Source: Candidatus Thorarchaeota archaeon (lineage in GTDB: Archaea > Asgardarchaeota > Thorarchaeia > Thorarchaeales > Thorarchaeaceae). From it: 64,000 nucleotides of DNA. The notes under the pieces were generated by a model. That model did no database searches. It had not been told where the DNA came from and was given only the letters and a program-made list of their open reading frames with translations. The position numbers were made by a program, and so were the translations under genes. The stretch is from the NCBI GenBank assembly GCA_003345545.1, contig PRDH01000047.1, forward strand, positions 1 through 64,000, written 5' to 3'. Shown here one piece after another: positions 49,223 to 58,806 of the stretch (the first letter of the stretch is position 1; the number at the start of each line of letters is the position of its first letter).

Positions 49223-50662
49223 ATGACGTTATCAGGAGAATCGCCAGCTCATGAACAGACAGGTGGCGAACTCGGACAGGTCAGTGAGAAGAAGAGGCCT
49301 TACTACTTCCAGCTAGATGTTTTGAAGGCCATTGCTATCGTCCTTGTAGTCATGGACCATAGCTTGACTTGGGAGGTCAAGGGATCAATTGGCAGCCTCT
49401 TCTGGGAGAGACTTTCCATTCCGTTCTTCCTGATGGTCATGGGCTTCAATATGGCAATCTCATTCAAATACAGTGGAAGTACAAATCTTGGAGAATTGTA
49501 CAACTGGGCATACTTCAGACGCAAAATCGTGCGATATGTTCTCCCGTTCGCTATTCTCTACATGGGCTCTATACTCTTGGGGCTCTATATCGGATATCTA
49601 AGCTTCAATGAGTACACCCTACTGGGCTCTCTTCCCTTCTGGGGACCTGGTGACTGGTTCATCCCACTTCTCTTTGGCTCCATTGTTGTGTTTCCACTTG
49701 TTTACTGGGCATTCAAAAAGCAGCCAATCCTTACAATGTTGCTGTGCTTCATGAGCGAAATCGTCCTTCAACTAGTCATGTACATCTGGTTCCCTCTTCC
49801 ATTTGAGACTGCATTGGAAGGATTCATAGTATCAGCCATACGAATGAACATCCTATTCTTCATGCCAGCTGTAGCTCTTGGCCTTTGGTTCTCCGAAGAC
49901 TACAACCTATTCAAGAAACACAACTGGTTCCTTGCAATATATGCACCGGTCTGTTTCATCCTCATGATAGACTATACTACACACCTCGTAAGATCTATCG
50001 GAGGCGATGTCGGTTACGCCTTTACGTTAATTGACAATATCTTCAGAGGAGACTATACGCTCCTCTTCTATGGATGGGCCGCTGTTTTCATGCTAGTAGC
50101 TCTGTCAGTAATCCCCCAGACTGCAGAGGGGAGAATCCAGGTGTTCATTCAAAAGATAGGGAGAGCCTCGTATCACATTCTCTTGTTCCAGATTCTCTGG
50201 ATGTCAATAGTCTACTGGTCGGTCTCGCACGAAGCGGTCTACTACCACATAATTCCGGATTTCGCAACCATACTGGACTGGTCAACACCTCTCCTCTACG
50301 TACCATTCTATCTCATGAATCTCACAGTTTCGCTTGCAGGCGGACTCGCGTGGTATGAAGCAGAGAAACGAGCCAGTACAAAAGGAAGGCCTTGGTGGCA
50401 GCATGCTTGGTTCAGGAGGATATACTACCTGTTTGGTGCAGTCATGTCGCTGGTATTGATGGGAGCAGCTATTGAATTCATCAGCGACATCACCGGGCTG
50501 ACTGAATGGAGCCGGACACATGGAGGAAACTTCATTCTGAATGAGATCACGGGACCCGGGATGATGGCCAGCTTGCTGGCTATTCTATTCTTCATTGGTT
50601 TTTGTATGGTGTTGATGTACAGAGCGTTCACCCTGCATGATGATAGCGAGGTTCCAGTCTAG
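49223..50662 (+). CDS. Acyltransferase-3 (OafA-like) membrane protein
   Basis: LDVLKAIAIVLVVMDH, PFFLMVMGF, IGRASYHILLFQ. Confidence 0.85.
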   Translation: MTLSGESPAHEQTGGELGQVSEKKRPYYFQLDVLKAIAIVLVVMDHSLTWEVKGSIGSLFWERLSIPFFLMVMGFNMAISFKYSGSTNLGELYNWAYFRRKIVRYVLPFAILYMGSILLGLYIGYLSFNEYTLLGSLPFWGPGDWFIPLLFGSIVVFPLVYWAFKKQPILTMLLCFMSEIVLQLVMYIWFPLPFETALEGFIVSAIRMNILFFMPAVALGLWFSEDYNLFKKHNWFLAIYAPVCFILMIDYTTHLVRSIGGDVGYAFTLIDNIFRGDYTLLFYGWAAVFMLVALSVIPQTAEGRIQVFIQKIGRASYHILLFQILWMSIVYWSVSHEAVYYHIIPDFATILDWSTPLLYVPFYLMNLTVSLAGGLAWYEAEKRASTKGRPWWQHAWFRRIYYLFGAVMSLVLMGAAIEFISDITGLTEWSRTHGGNFILNEITGPGMMASLLAILFFIGFCMVLMYRAFTLHDDSEVPV

Positions 50663-50719
50663 GCAGATTCACACTGCGCTAGCCGTAGGGTATTTGAGTC
50701 CTGCCTTCATCGGGAATTC

Positions 50720-51847
50720 ATGGCTGCCGAAGATAATGAGGTTGTTCTTCGAGTCGAGCGACTCAAGGCCTTCTACACGTCCAGTAGGGGTCTTGTCAGA
50801 GCAGTGAACAATATCACATTTGAGATCCGCAGGGGAGAATCGGTCGGCCTCTTTGGCGAATCAGGCGCTGGCAAGACAACTGTTGCACTTGCGATTCTTG
50901 GTCTCTTCGAGAGCCTCTCTAGACGTTATGCATCGATTGCGGCCAATGAGGACAGCAAACGGCTCTGGGAGCTGAGGGACAATGCAAGGAAAAGAGGGCT
51001 CACTTCGGATCAGATTGGGCAAGAACTACCTGGCATTGAAGGGCACATCTGGTTTGGAGGAAGAGACCTTCTTACACTCAATGAGAAAGACTATCGCCAA
51101 ATCAGAGGAAATGAGATAACGTACGTCCCACAGGGCTCAACGAAATCGCTCAATCCCTACTCGAATATTGCAGAACAGACTGCAGAAAGCCTCTGGGCTC
51201 ACGATATAGATAACACATTGAATGAACGTGTCGTGATGAAGAGAGTTCTTCAAGCCCTTGACCTTATCGAACTGGGGGATGTAGACCTTCGAAAGACGAT
51301 GAAACCATCCCAGTTCAGCGTCGGAGAGGACCAGCGGGTTCTGATTGCCATGGCGCTCATTCCCGATCCTGTCCTCATGATAGCCGATGAACCGACAACG
51401 GCTGTTGATATGGCGATACAGCAGCGTATCCTTGAGGCTATTCAGATTGTCAGGAGAGAAATGCATCTCTCGATGCTCATAATCAGCAACAATCAGGGAA
51501 CAATCTCTCAAACCTGTGATAAGGTAGGAGTCATGACAGCTGGTCACATCATGGAATTCGGACCTGCAGCCACAGTCATGAATTCCCCGGGGCATCCATT
51601 CACTCGAGCATTCATCATGAGCAATCCGACAATGCAAGTCATTCGCAAAATCAAAGAGAAGAAACTGAGAATCCGTGGGATCCCAGGTAAGCCGCCGGAC
51701 CTAGCAGAGACAATCGCTGGGTGTCCATTCAAAGAGAGGTGCGAGTACGCTCAGGATATCTGCAGAGAACTGAAGCCGGAATACAGAGAGGTTGAAGCAG
51801 GTCACTGGATAATGTGCCATCGATATGAGGAACTTCCAGCGTGGTAG
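50720..51847 (+). CDS. Orphan DppD-like ABC ATPase with degenerate motifs
   Basis: GESGAGKT and ADEPT present; signature FSVGE; H-loop ISNN; C-terminal 4-Cys domain. Confidence 0.88.
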   Translation: MAAEDNEVVLRVERLKAFYTSSRGLVRAVNNITFEIRRGESVGLFGESGAGKTTVALAILGLFESLSRRYASIAANEDSKRLWELRDNARKRGLTSDQIGQELPGIEGHIWFGGRDLLTLNEKDYRQIRGNEITYVPQGSTKSLNPYSNIAEQTAESLWAHDIDNTLNERVVMKRVLQALDLIELGDVDLRKTMKPSQFSVGEDQRVLIAMALIPDPVLMIADEPTTAVDMAIQQRILEAIQIVRREMHLSMLIISNNQGTISQTCDKVGVMTAGHIMEFGPAATVMNSPGHPFTRAFIMSNPTMQVIRKIKEKKLRIRGIPGKPPDLAETIAGCPFKERCEYAQDICRELKPEYREVEAGHWIMCHRYEELPAW

Positions 51848-51932
51848 CAGCCTGACTCCTCCCTTCATGTGATGATTTATATCTCAAATCACGATAGGGA
51901 ATTCAGTGCGTTCATTATTGTGGGGAGCACTA

Positions 51933-52196
51933 ATGGCCGAAATTGATGTGCCAAAATCACCGCCGCCTCCGAGAAGCGGAACAAGAGATGACAGTGTGGA
52001 AACACTATGCAAGCTGGCAGGAGGCTGTTGTCTGGCTGTATTCGGATGCACATTCGGGCCCCTCTTGCTTGTCTCCTCACTGACCCTAGTAACCTATGGC
52101 TTCGGGTGGCTCGCAATCATATCCTTATTCGTCATTGTGCTTGGTTGTTACTCTGCCAAGTACACGTGGGATGGAATAAAGAAGAATTCTGCATAG
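51933..52196 (+). CDS. Small Cys-rich two-TM membrane protein
   Basis: ATG after GGGGAG; Pro-rich N-terminus, CKLAGGCC, two hydrophobic segments. Confidence 0.65.
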   Translation: MAEIDVPKSPPPPRSGTRDDSVETLCKLAGGCCLAVFGCTFGPLLLVSSLTLVTYGFGWLAIISLFVIVLGCYSAKYTWDGIKKNSA

Positions 52197-52259
52197 CATA
52201 TTGTGAACAATCACTTAGACGTAAATCACCAGAGTTTGACGAAATCCCAGGAATGTAAT

Positions 52260-52805
52260 TCATTCTGTTATTTGCCCTAGTTTCTCGTCATGTAGTTTCT
52301 TCACAATCTCAATGACAGAATCGACTGCAGTGCTCCAGGTGTCTTCCTGAGAACTCAGCGGCGGAATTCCTCCGATCATATGCCGAATCTTGGAAATCTG
52401 TGCCGCATGATAGAGGCCATGCTGGTATGTTCTCAGTATACACCACGCAACGCTCGGACCACCCTCTGTGGTAGGCGGGACAATCCGAATCTGTCTTCCA
52501 TCACACTGGCTGACCACACGCCTGATTCCGTCGGTGTTCGCCCTCAGCTTTGCCTGGATGTCGTCAAACGTTTCAATACTGAACTTGGGTCCAATATCGT
52601 GCTTCGCCCGATGGAACCAGTAGGTTTCGGCGCCCCCAATATGCCAAATGAGCGAGAGCATGTGGGGGAACTGCTTCTCATCAGAGATCTGTTTCATCAG
52701 AATCTCCTGTGTCAATCCGTCAATAACACGGTATAGATGTGTACGCATATTCAGATGGGCCTGAATCAGCTCTTTCCTCATCAATTCTTCGGCCATGATT
52801 TTCAC
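52260..52805 (-). CDS. DinB/DUF664 family protein
   Basis: HIGGAETYW and HGLYHAAQISKIR His triad. Confidence 0.85.
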   Translation of the reverse strand: MKIMAEELMRKELIQAHLNMRTHLYRVIDGLTQEILMKQISDEKQFPHMLSLIWHIGGAETYWFHRAKHDIGPKFSIETFDDIQAKLRANTDGIRRVVSQCDGRQIRIVPPTTEGGPSVAWCILRTYQHGLYHAAQISKIRHMIGGIPPLSSQEDTWSTAVDSVIEIVKKLHDEKLGQITE

Positions 52806-52978
52806 CGTTAAAAAACACGGATATTAATCTTCACTCAGGTGAGAGGAAGCCGGCAGATAGGCCCGCGAGAGTACCGCCATGTGCCTCTCCGTTGTGTATT
52901 TGCCTGCAGGCAGATCCTCAGTAATGCTCCTTTGACACGGTTTATTAGCGCCATATTCAATGCCCGCCTTGATGCACA

Positions 52979-54064
52979 ATGGCCAAGGGTGATCCACTAC
53001 TCATAGTTCAAAACCTGAGGGCTTATTATCCATCAAAAAAGGGACTTGTCCGCGCTGTTGATGATGTCTCATTCATTGTACGTGAGGGTGAGTGCGTTGG
53101 TCTCCTTGGAGAGAGCGGGTCAGGCAAGAGTAGCATGGCCCTCGCTATTCTGGGGCTTTTTGAGAAGGTCGCACGGTTTGCTGCAGGCGCATCAAATGAC
53201 CCTGAACTAAAACAGGCTTTTGACCGAGGAACCTCTGGAAGTAACGAGAGACCCGGTCTTAGGGGGAGGGTTGTTTTCAGAGATAGGGAATTGACAGGCT
53301 TGCCTCAAGAGGAACTCGTCAAAATCAGGGGAAAAGAACTGAGCCTGATACCTCAGGGTCTCGGACATGCTCTGAATCCGCAACATAGTATAGGGCACCA
53401 GACTGCAGAACCTATTGAAGTCCATGAGGATGAGGTGCGGCTTCTTGAATTGAAGAAGAAAGTTCTCGAATACCTCGGTATCGTTCAATTGGCAGATGCA
53501 GGCCTTAGGTATGTGATGGATCCTGGTTGTTTTTCCGGGGGCGAGAGTCAACGCATTCTCATCGCCATGGCGCTCATAGCGGGACCATACATGGTCATTG
53601 CGGACGAACCAACCTCAGCTTTGGATGTGACCATGCAACGTCAGATCATGAACGTTCTCAGAATGATTAAGGAGGAGTTCGATGTATCCCTTCTCTTGAT
53701 AAGCCATGACGCTGGTGTGATTGCTGAGTTGGCAGATCGAGTTGCTGTAATGTATGCAGGCAAGATAGTCGAATCAGGACCCGCGGTTCAGATATTTCAC
53801 AATCCTCAACATCCTTACACAATGGGCTTAATGACCTCATTTCCAACAATCGCAATGATGCAGATGAAAGCGGGAAAGAAACCAAGACTGCGAGGCATCC
53901 CGGGAGACCCTCCAGACCTCGCCAATATTCCCTCGGGTTGCCCTTTTCATCCGAGATGTAGGTATGTCATCGATATCTGTAGAGAAATCATTCCAGAAGA
54001 CAGAGAAGTAGAGCCAGATCACCACATACGGTGTCACCGCTGGGGCGAGATATCTGACGAATAA
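52979..54064 (+). CDS. Orphan DppD-like ABC ATPase
   Basis: GESGSGKS, FSGGE, ADEPTSALD, ISHD, HPY and 4-Cys domain. Confidence 0.9.
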   Translation: MAKGDPLLIVQNLRAYYPSKKGLVRAVDDVSFIVREGECVGLLGESGSGKSSMALAILGLFEKVARFAAGASNDPELKQAFDRGTSGSNERPGLRGRVVFRDRELTGLPQEELVKIRGKELSLIPQGLGHALNPQHSIGHQTAEPIEVHEDEVRLLELKKKVLEYLGIVQLADAGLRYVMDPGCFSGGESQRILIAMALIAGPYMVIADEPTSALDVTMQRQIMNVLRMIKEEFDVSLLLISHDAGVIAELADRVAVMYAGKIVESGPAVQIFHNPQHPYTMGLMTSFPTIAMMQMKAGKKPRLRGIPGDPPDLANIPSGCPFHPRCRYVIDICREIIPEDREVEPDHHIRCHRWGEISDE

Positions 54065-54067
54065 GGT

Positions 54068-54089
54068 GTGAGCGCCAAGAGGCGCCCAC
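54068..54089. terminator. Hairpin right after the ATPase stop
   Basis: GTGAGCGCC-AAGA-GGCGCCCAC. Confidence 0.45.
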
Positions 54090-54309
54090 GTGAGCTAACC
54101 ATTCCCAAGTCTTGACCCTCTGGGCCGTGATTCTCTCTCTAGAAATCACGCAATACATCCCATCAGTTGTGATTGGTTTCTCCCGGCTCGACAACCTTGT
54201 CCGTGTGCGGTTCTCATATATACGCCTTGCTTAAGAGCTCCATTTGAGCAAAGACAGGCATACAAGTCATCTGCAGGCTGAGAGAGAATTTTCAGGAGGG
54301 GCACCTATT

Positions 54310-55350
54310 CTACTGCTTGCCCATTGTCAGAGCCAACACTGCCTTCTGAACATGAAGTCGATTCTCTGCGACATCATATACGATGGATCGTGGACCATCA
54401 CAGACCTCATCAGTCACCTCTGCATTTCGATCCACGGGGCCGCAATGAGTGAAGAACGCATCATTTGTCTTGGCCATCCAGTCTTTGGTTGTAATCCAAT
54501 CATCGTACTTAGCTGCAAGTTCAATCTCTTTCTTCTTGGCTTCAGCTTCTCCGCGCTTCGCCATATCATCATAGAAGTTCGATGTCATCCAATTTCGGGA
54601 GTATACAATGTTAGCGCCGTTGTAACCCTCCTCTAGGTCATGAACAATCTCGAAGTTGCTTCCTGAGGCAGCTGCGTTCTCCTCGCACATCTTGATGACT
54701 TCAGGGTCAAGATCATATCCCTGAGGATATGCTAGCGTCACATCCATGCCGAGTCTCGAATTGAGCAGAATGCTCTCTTGGACACTGCACCAAGAACGCA
54801 CAAGAGCTCCCTTCCCCCAGACTTGGAGAATCTTCTTGCCTTTGAGTCGCTTGCCAATATGCTGCCTATATCCCATGACATCAGCTAGACCTTGGAATGG
54901 GTGATACTTATCATGGGCCATGCTGACAATCGGTATGCTTGCGTGCGTGGCATACTGCCTGAGCAGCTCTTCGCCCTGACCGTAGTAATCGATGGCAGTT
55001 TCCAGAATTCTGATGCCCATACCGACTGCATACCGGCTCATAACTTGGGCCGCATCTTCGACTGTCTCACCGGCCGACTTTGACGACTTCAGGCGCATCG
55101 ACTTTGGTTCGAGGAATTGAGCATGTCCCCCGAGCTCTGTTGCAGCGGCTTCAAAGGACTGCCTTGTTCTCACCGATGGATTGTAAAAGAACATGAAGAA
55201 AGTACGCCTATCAAGACAATTGTTCAATGGATGATCATAGCGGTTTGCCTTGAACTCAAACGCAAGGGACAGAGCTTTCTCTATCTCCTTGACACTCCAA
55301 TCTTGTGTCGTAATCAGGTCTCTTCCATATAGGTCGCTCATCGTGCTCAC
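54310..55350 (-). CDS. Ornithine carbamoyltransferase-family enzyme (acetyl-ornithine/YgeW-like variant)
   Basis: NPSVRT, HPFQGLAD, HCGPVDR, AENRLH; YSRNW in place of YTDVW. Confidence 0.88.
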   Translation of the reverse strand: MSTMSDLYGRDLITTQDWSVKEIEKALSLAFEFKANRYDHPLNNCLDRRTFFMFFYNPSVRTRQSFEAAATELGGHAQFLEPKSMRLKSSKSAGETVEDAAQVMSRYAVGMGIRILETAIDYYGQGEELLRQYATHASIPIVSMAHDKYHPFQGLADVMGYRQHIGKRLKGKKILQVWGKGALVRSWCSVQESILLNSRLGMDVTLAYPQGYDLDPEVIKMCEENAAASGSNFEIVHDLEEGYNGANIVYSRNWMTSNFYDDMAKRGEAEAKKKEIELAAKYDDWITTKDWMAKTNDAFFTHCGPVDRNAEVTDEVCDGPRSIVYDVAENRLHVQKAVLALTMGKQ

Positions 55351-55515
55351 CGCTACAATCGAAGCTGCATTTGGGTTTTAGGTCTATCGTATTATTCCTC
55401 GGTTTCTTTCCTTCTACGACAAGCCCTTTCTCAATCGCCACAGCACGCCTTCGGAGCAGGAAATTGTGCGCAAAAGAAACGCTTTTCAAAGCATTAAGTT
55501 CCACGCATCTCTGCC

Positions 55516-56349
55516 ATGAGGAGCACGTATCCTGCCAAAGCATATGCGGAGGTTATTGACAAACACAACCTGGCCTTGGACTTGTCCCCGGAGCAGTCTG
55601 CAGCCATAGCTGAAGGGAGAGAAATCAGTCTATCGGAAAAACAGATTGAGAGTATAACTGACCAATTGACTGCTCAAGCTGGGATAGACTCATTTCTCAA
55701 TGCAACCTGCAAAGAACTGCTACCATTCTCGTCTTCCCTTTTTGTCATTAATGACCGTCTTTGGAAGATGATGGATAGGAAAATCTGGGATTGTAGGAAG
55801 ATGCTCGCAATGACCACAATCCCCTTGTGCACTTGGGACCATGATTGTGAAACAACACGCAATCCGAAGGGAGCAAGAAGATGGCCAATTAAATCCAATA
55901 GCATGGACATCGACTTGGGGCCCAAACCTGTACTGAAGATTCAAGGAGAGGGAGGGGATTTCTCAGGATTCATTGAGCAGAGTCATTTGACTGCGAGAAA
56001 GTGGGGAATTCCTGACACGAGAAGGCTCTTGCCGAACTATGTTTTCGAGTCACTCCGAATTGAAGCGAACTTGGATCGAGCAGTTCTGGAAATCCATCCA
56101 AGCCCAAGAGACGAGCTTGATTATGACTTCTCAGATAATGCGAGAGTCTTCTTTGAGCACGGTTTCTTGGTTCATGTTCCTGGAGAAGATGTTACTCTTC
56201 AGGTTGGCAAAAGGAAGCCAACACAAATGGCAGGCGATGTGCTGCTACTTGTCGGAAAACGTTTTGATGGGGATGATGATTCGAACCTAGAACTTCTTGT
56301 AGATATTTGGCTGAAGGCTTTTGAAAAGAGAATGGCATCGGTGAAATAA
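55516..56349 (+). CDS. Hypothetical soluble protein
   Basis: 277-aa ORF filling the gap, coupled to the next gene; no motif recognised. Confidence 0.7.
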   Translation: MRSTYPAKAYAEVIDKHNLALDLSPEQSAAIAEGREISLSEKQIESITDQLTAQAGIDSFLNATCKELLPFSSSLFVINDRLWKMMDRKIWDCRKMLAMTTIPLCTWDHDCETTRNPKGARRWPIKSNSMDIDLGPKPVLKIQGEGGDFSGFIEQSHLTARKWGIPDTRRLLPNYVFESLRIEANLDRAVLEIHPSPRDELDYDFSDNARVFFEHGFLVHVPGEDVTLQVGKRKPTQMAGDVLLLVGKRFDGDDDSNLELLVDIWLKAFEKRMASVK

Positions 56350-56352
56350 GAG

Positions 56353-57120
56353 ATGTTCATGATAGGTGGGTTGTTGGTACTGGGACTCCTTTCGCTGGGC
56401 GCAGCCCTCCATTGGTTCAGAAAGGTCCATCAGCTCGATCGCTTCCTTGCACCCCTTGCAGAAAGCATAGGGGAACCAGACATCTCGGGAAAGACGAAAT
56501 ACACGGACTGCGGCTCTCATCAGTGGCTGATTAAAAATGTCATTCACGGAGATTACCTGAAGTCTGCTGAGGGTTTCAGGAACTTCATGATGAATCGAAC
56601 TCTCACTGGTACTCTAGTATTGGGCATGGTTCTCGGCCTCATCCCTGTGATTGCCGTATACCTCCTCTTTCAGAGCTACCAGCTCATTGGCACTTCGCTC
56701 ATTCTAGTCGTTCTCTCTGTGTTCATTGTCCTAGGACCTGGCGACCTTGAGGTCTCAGAGCAATTGGTTCAGTGGCAAACTGAACAGGAATACAGTGCTC
56801 TAGACATGGGTGACCTTGCCTATGCAAGAATATCCCAAAAGGCCATGAAGAACTGGATTATGAAACTGTCAGTAATAGGTGTCATTTGCTTCATTCTTTC
56901 TCCCTGGGGAGAGTCAATAATGCCTGTGCTCGCCTTCGTATTCACCGTGTTCGTCGGATTCGTCTACGCAAACATCTTTCTCCCGGTCTCAATGTACTCG
57001 ATGCCACTTGCCCTAATGATCTTCTTCACTATCATACCCCTTGTCCTCTCGATGATTATCGTCGGAGTAAGGGTGGCACGGAAGAAGGCGCAGACCGACT
57101 CGGATGAGCTCAAGGTTTAG
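56353..57120 (+). CDS. Hypothetical membrane protein
   Basis: About 6 TM segments; 3 nt after the upstream stop. Confidence 0.75.
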   Translation: MFMIGGLLVLGLLSLGAALHWFRKVHQLDRFLAPLAESIGEPDISGKTKYTDCGSHQWLIKNVIHGDYLKSAEGFRNFMMNRTLTGTLVLGMVLGLIPVIAVYLLFQSYQLIGTSLILVVLSVFIVLGPGDLEVSEQLVQWQTEQEYSALDMGDLAYARISQKAMKNWIMKLSVIGVICFILSPWGESIMPVLAFVFTVFVGFVYANIFLPVSMYSMPLALMIFFTIIPLVLSMIIVGVRVARKKAQTDSDELKV

Positions 57121-57455
57121 AAGAGAGATAGAAACGAAGCAAGAGCTACGATAGCAGCATATAGAAACAGAATGAGGGCAGTCAACAGCATCTGCCTTCC
57201 GATGAGAGCCATTTTCCATGCCGTCGTAACATTGCCATCTTCAGTGTATCTGCCCTTATTCTCAAGGGGTTGCCTAGACATCATACATCCTCCCACAATC
57301 AGAAGAAGGCCTAATTCGAGAAACGCTCCTCCTCCTGCAACAGTCGAAGCCAATACAGGCGGTGCAAAGGTTGCAGCGGCAAACCCTACAGCGAAATTCA
57401 ATGCCATCAAGGCCGTGGCAAAGAGCAAGCCACGCTCGAGGTCCCTGTCTAGCAT
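57117..57455 (-). CDS. Small 3-TM membrane protein at the end of the dpp operon
   Basis: GGAG before ATG; three hydrophobic helices. Confidence 0.75.
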   Translation of the reverse strand: MLDRDLERGLLFATALMALNFAVGFAAATFAPPVLASTVAGGGAFLELGLLLIVGGCMMSRQPLENKGRYTEDGNVTTAWKMALIGRQMLLTALILFLYAAIVALASFLSLF

Positions 57456-57468
57456 ATCATTAGCTCCA

Positions 57469-57687
57469 TCATAGAAATGTGCCGACCAGTAGACCGATTA
57501 CGATGAGAAAAACTGCAAGTATAACAAGAGGAAGGAAGATGGTCTGAAGCGATGCAATGAATAATGCGATTATGTCCTTTCCCTCAAGATTCGTCGTTGC
57601 TTGGTCATGATCACCATAGACAGACCAATCGAATTCATTGCTTTTCTCCTCGTGCTCCCTCGAATCTACGTCATCATCAAACGACAA
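57469..57687 (-). CDS. Small membrane protein, dpp-operon associated
   Basis: AGGAGAGG before TTG; acidic N-terminus, then KDIIALFIASLQTIFLP and a TM helix. Confidence 0.75.
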   Translation of the reverse strand: MSFDDDVDSREHEEKSNEFDWSVYGDHDQATTNLEGKDIIALFIASLQTIFLPLVILAVFLIVIGLLVGTFL

Positions 57688-57770
57688 TTCATTTCCTCTC
57701 CTTTAGGATGAATGGTGGGAACGCAGCCATATAGACATTGTCAGGCTTCGCTCTCACACGCTTCAACATA

Positions 57771-58802
57771 TCATGCCTCTGCAGCAGCATTAGATTCCAC
57801 ATTCAGGCCTTCCTTGTATCTGAGGTCGAGCTCTCCAGCATAGTGACAGGCTACCATATGCCCATTGCCCATGTCACGCAGCTCAGGAATCTCTTCACTG
57901 CAGCGCTCAGTAGCAAATCTGCATCTCGGATGGAAGCGGCAACCACTTGGGGGATTGATTGGACTTGGCACTTCTCCAGCAAGAATCTCGGCGCGCCCCC
58001 TCAGAGACGGGTCCGGGACGGGCACTGCAGAAACAAGAGCTGCAGAGTACGGATGCATAGCATCTTCGAAGATATCAGTAGGAGTGAGTTCAACAATCTT
58101 GCCCAAGTACATCACTGCAACTCTGTCAGACATGTGTTTCACAACACTGAGGTTATGACTGATGAAGAGGTATGTGAGGTCGAACTCCTGCTGCAGATCC
58201 TTCATAAGATTAAGGGTCTGAGCCTGAACAGACACGTCTGTGCTTGATGTTGGCTCGTCCATAACAACGAATTTCGGTCGCAACGCAAGCGCTCTTGCGA
58301 TACATACTCTCTGTCTTTGACCACCCGAGAACTCATGAGGGAATCTATTTAGATGGTCTTCACTAAGACCAACCTTCTCTAGCAACTCGAGCACCATGTT
58401 TCGCAAACGGTGACCACGGGCGATTCCGTTTACCAGAAGAGGCTCGCCAACTGCGTTCTTGATCGTCAAGCGGGGGTCAAGTGATGCCATTGGGTCTTGA
58501 AAGATGATACTCATGTTTCGACGAAGTCTGTGAAGGTCTCCTCGAGACATCTTATTGATGTCCTCGCCTTCAAAGAAAATCTCGCCGGCAGTTGCAGGGA
58601 CAAGCCTAAGAATGGTGCGTCCCGCTGTAGTCTTGCCACAGCCCGACTCGCCTACCAATCCAAGAGTTTCACCCTTGTAGATGTCAAAAGAGATATCATC
58701 GACTGCTCGTACATAGCCAACTACCTTTCTGAATACTCCTCCACTTAGCGGGTAGTACTTCTTGAGATTCTTGACTTCTATCAGTATATTTGCGCTTGCC
58801 AT
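57771..58802 (-). CDS. dppF: Peptide ABC ATPase DppF
   Basis: [32 protein letters not shown]; ATG 58802. Confidence 0.95.
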   Translation of the reverse strand: MASANILIEVKNLKKYYPLSGGVFRKVVGYVRAVDDISFDIYKGETLGLVGESGCGKTTAGRTILRLVPATAGEIFFEGEDINKMSRGDLHRLRRNMSIIFQDPMASLDPRLTIKNAVGEPLLVNGIARGHRLRNMVLELLEKVGLSEDHLNRFPHEFSGGQRQRVCIARALALRPKFVVMDEPTSSTDVSVQAQTLNLMKDLQQEFDLTYLFISHNLSVVKHMSDRVAVMYLGKIVELTPTDIFEDAMHPYSAALVSAVPVPDPSLRGRAEILAGEVPSPINPPSGCRFHPRCRFATERCSEEIPELRDMGNGHMVACHYAGELDLRYKEGLNVESNAAAEA

Positions 58803-58806
58803 TGAA

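Noticed and set aside
54175-54202. tRNA-Leu-like D-arm (GGTTGTCGAGCCGGG) on the minus strand
   Set aside because: No anticodon arm, T-loop (GTTCRA) or acceptor-stem complement follows.
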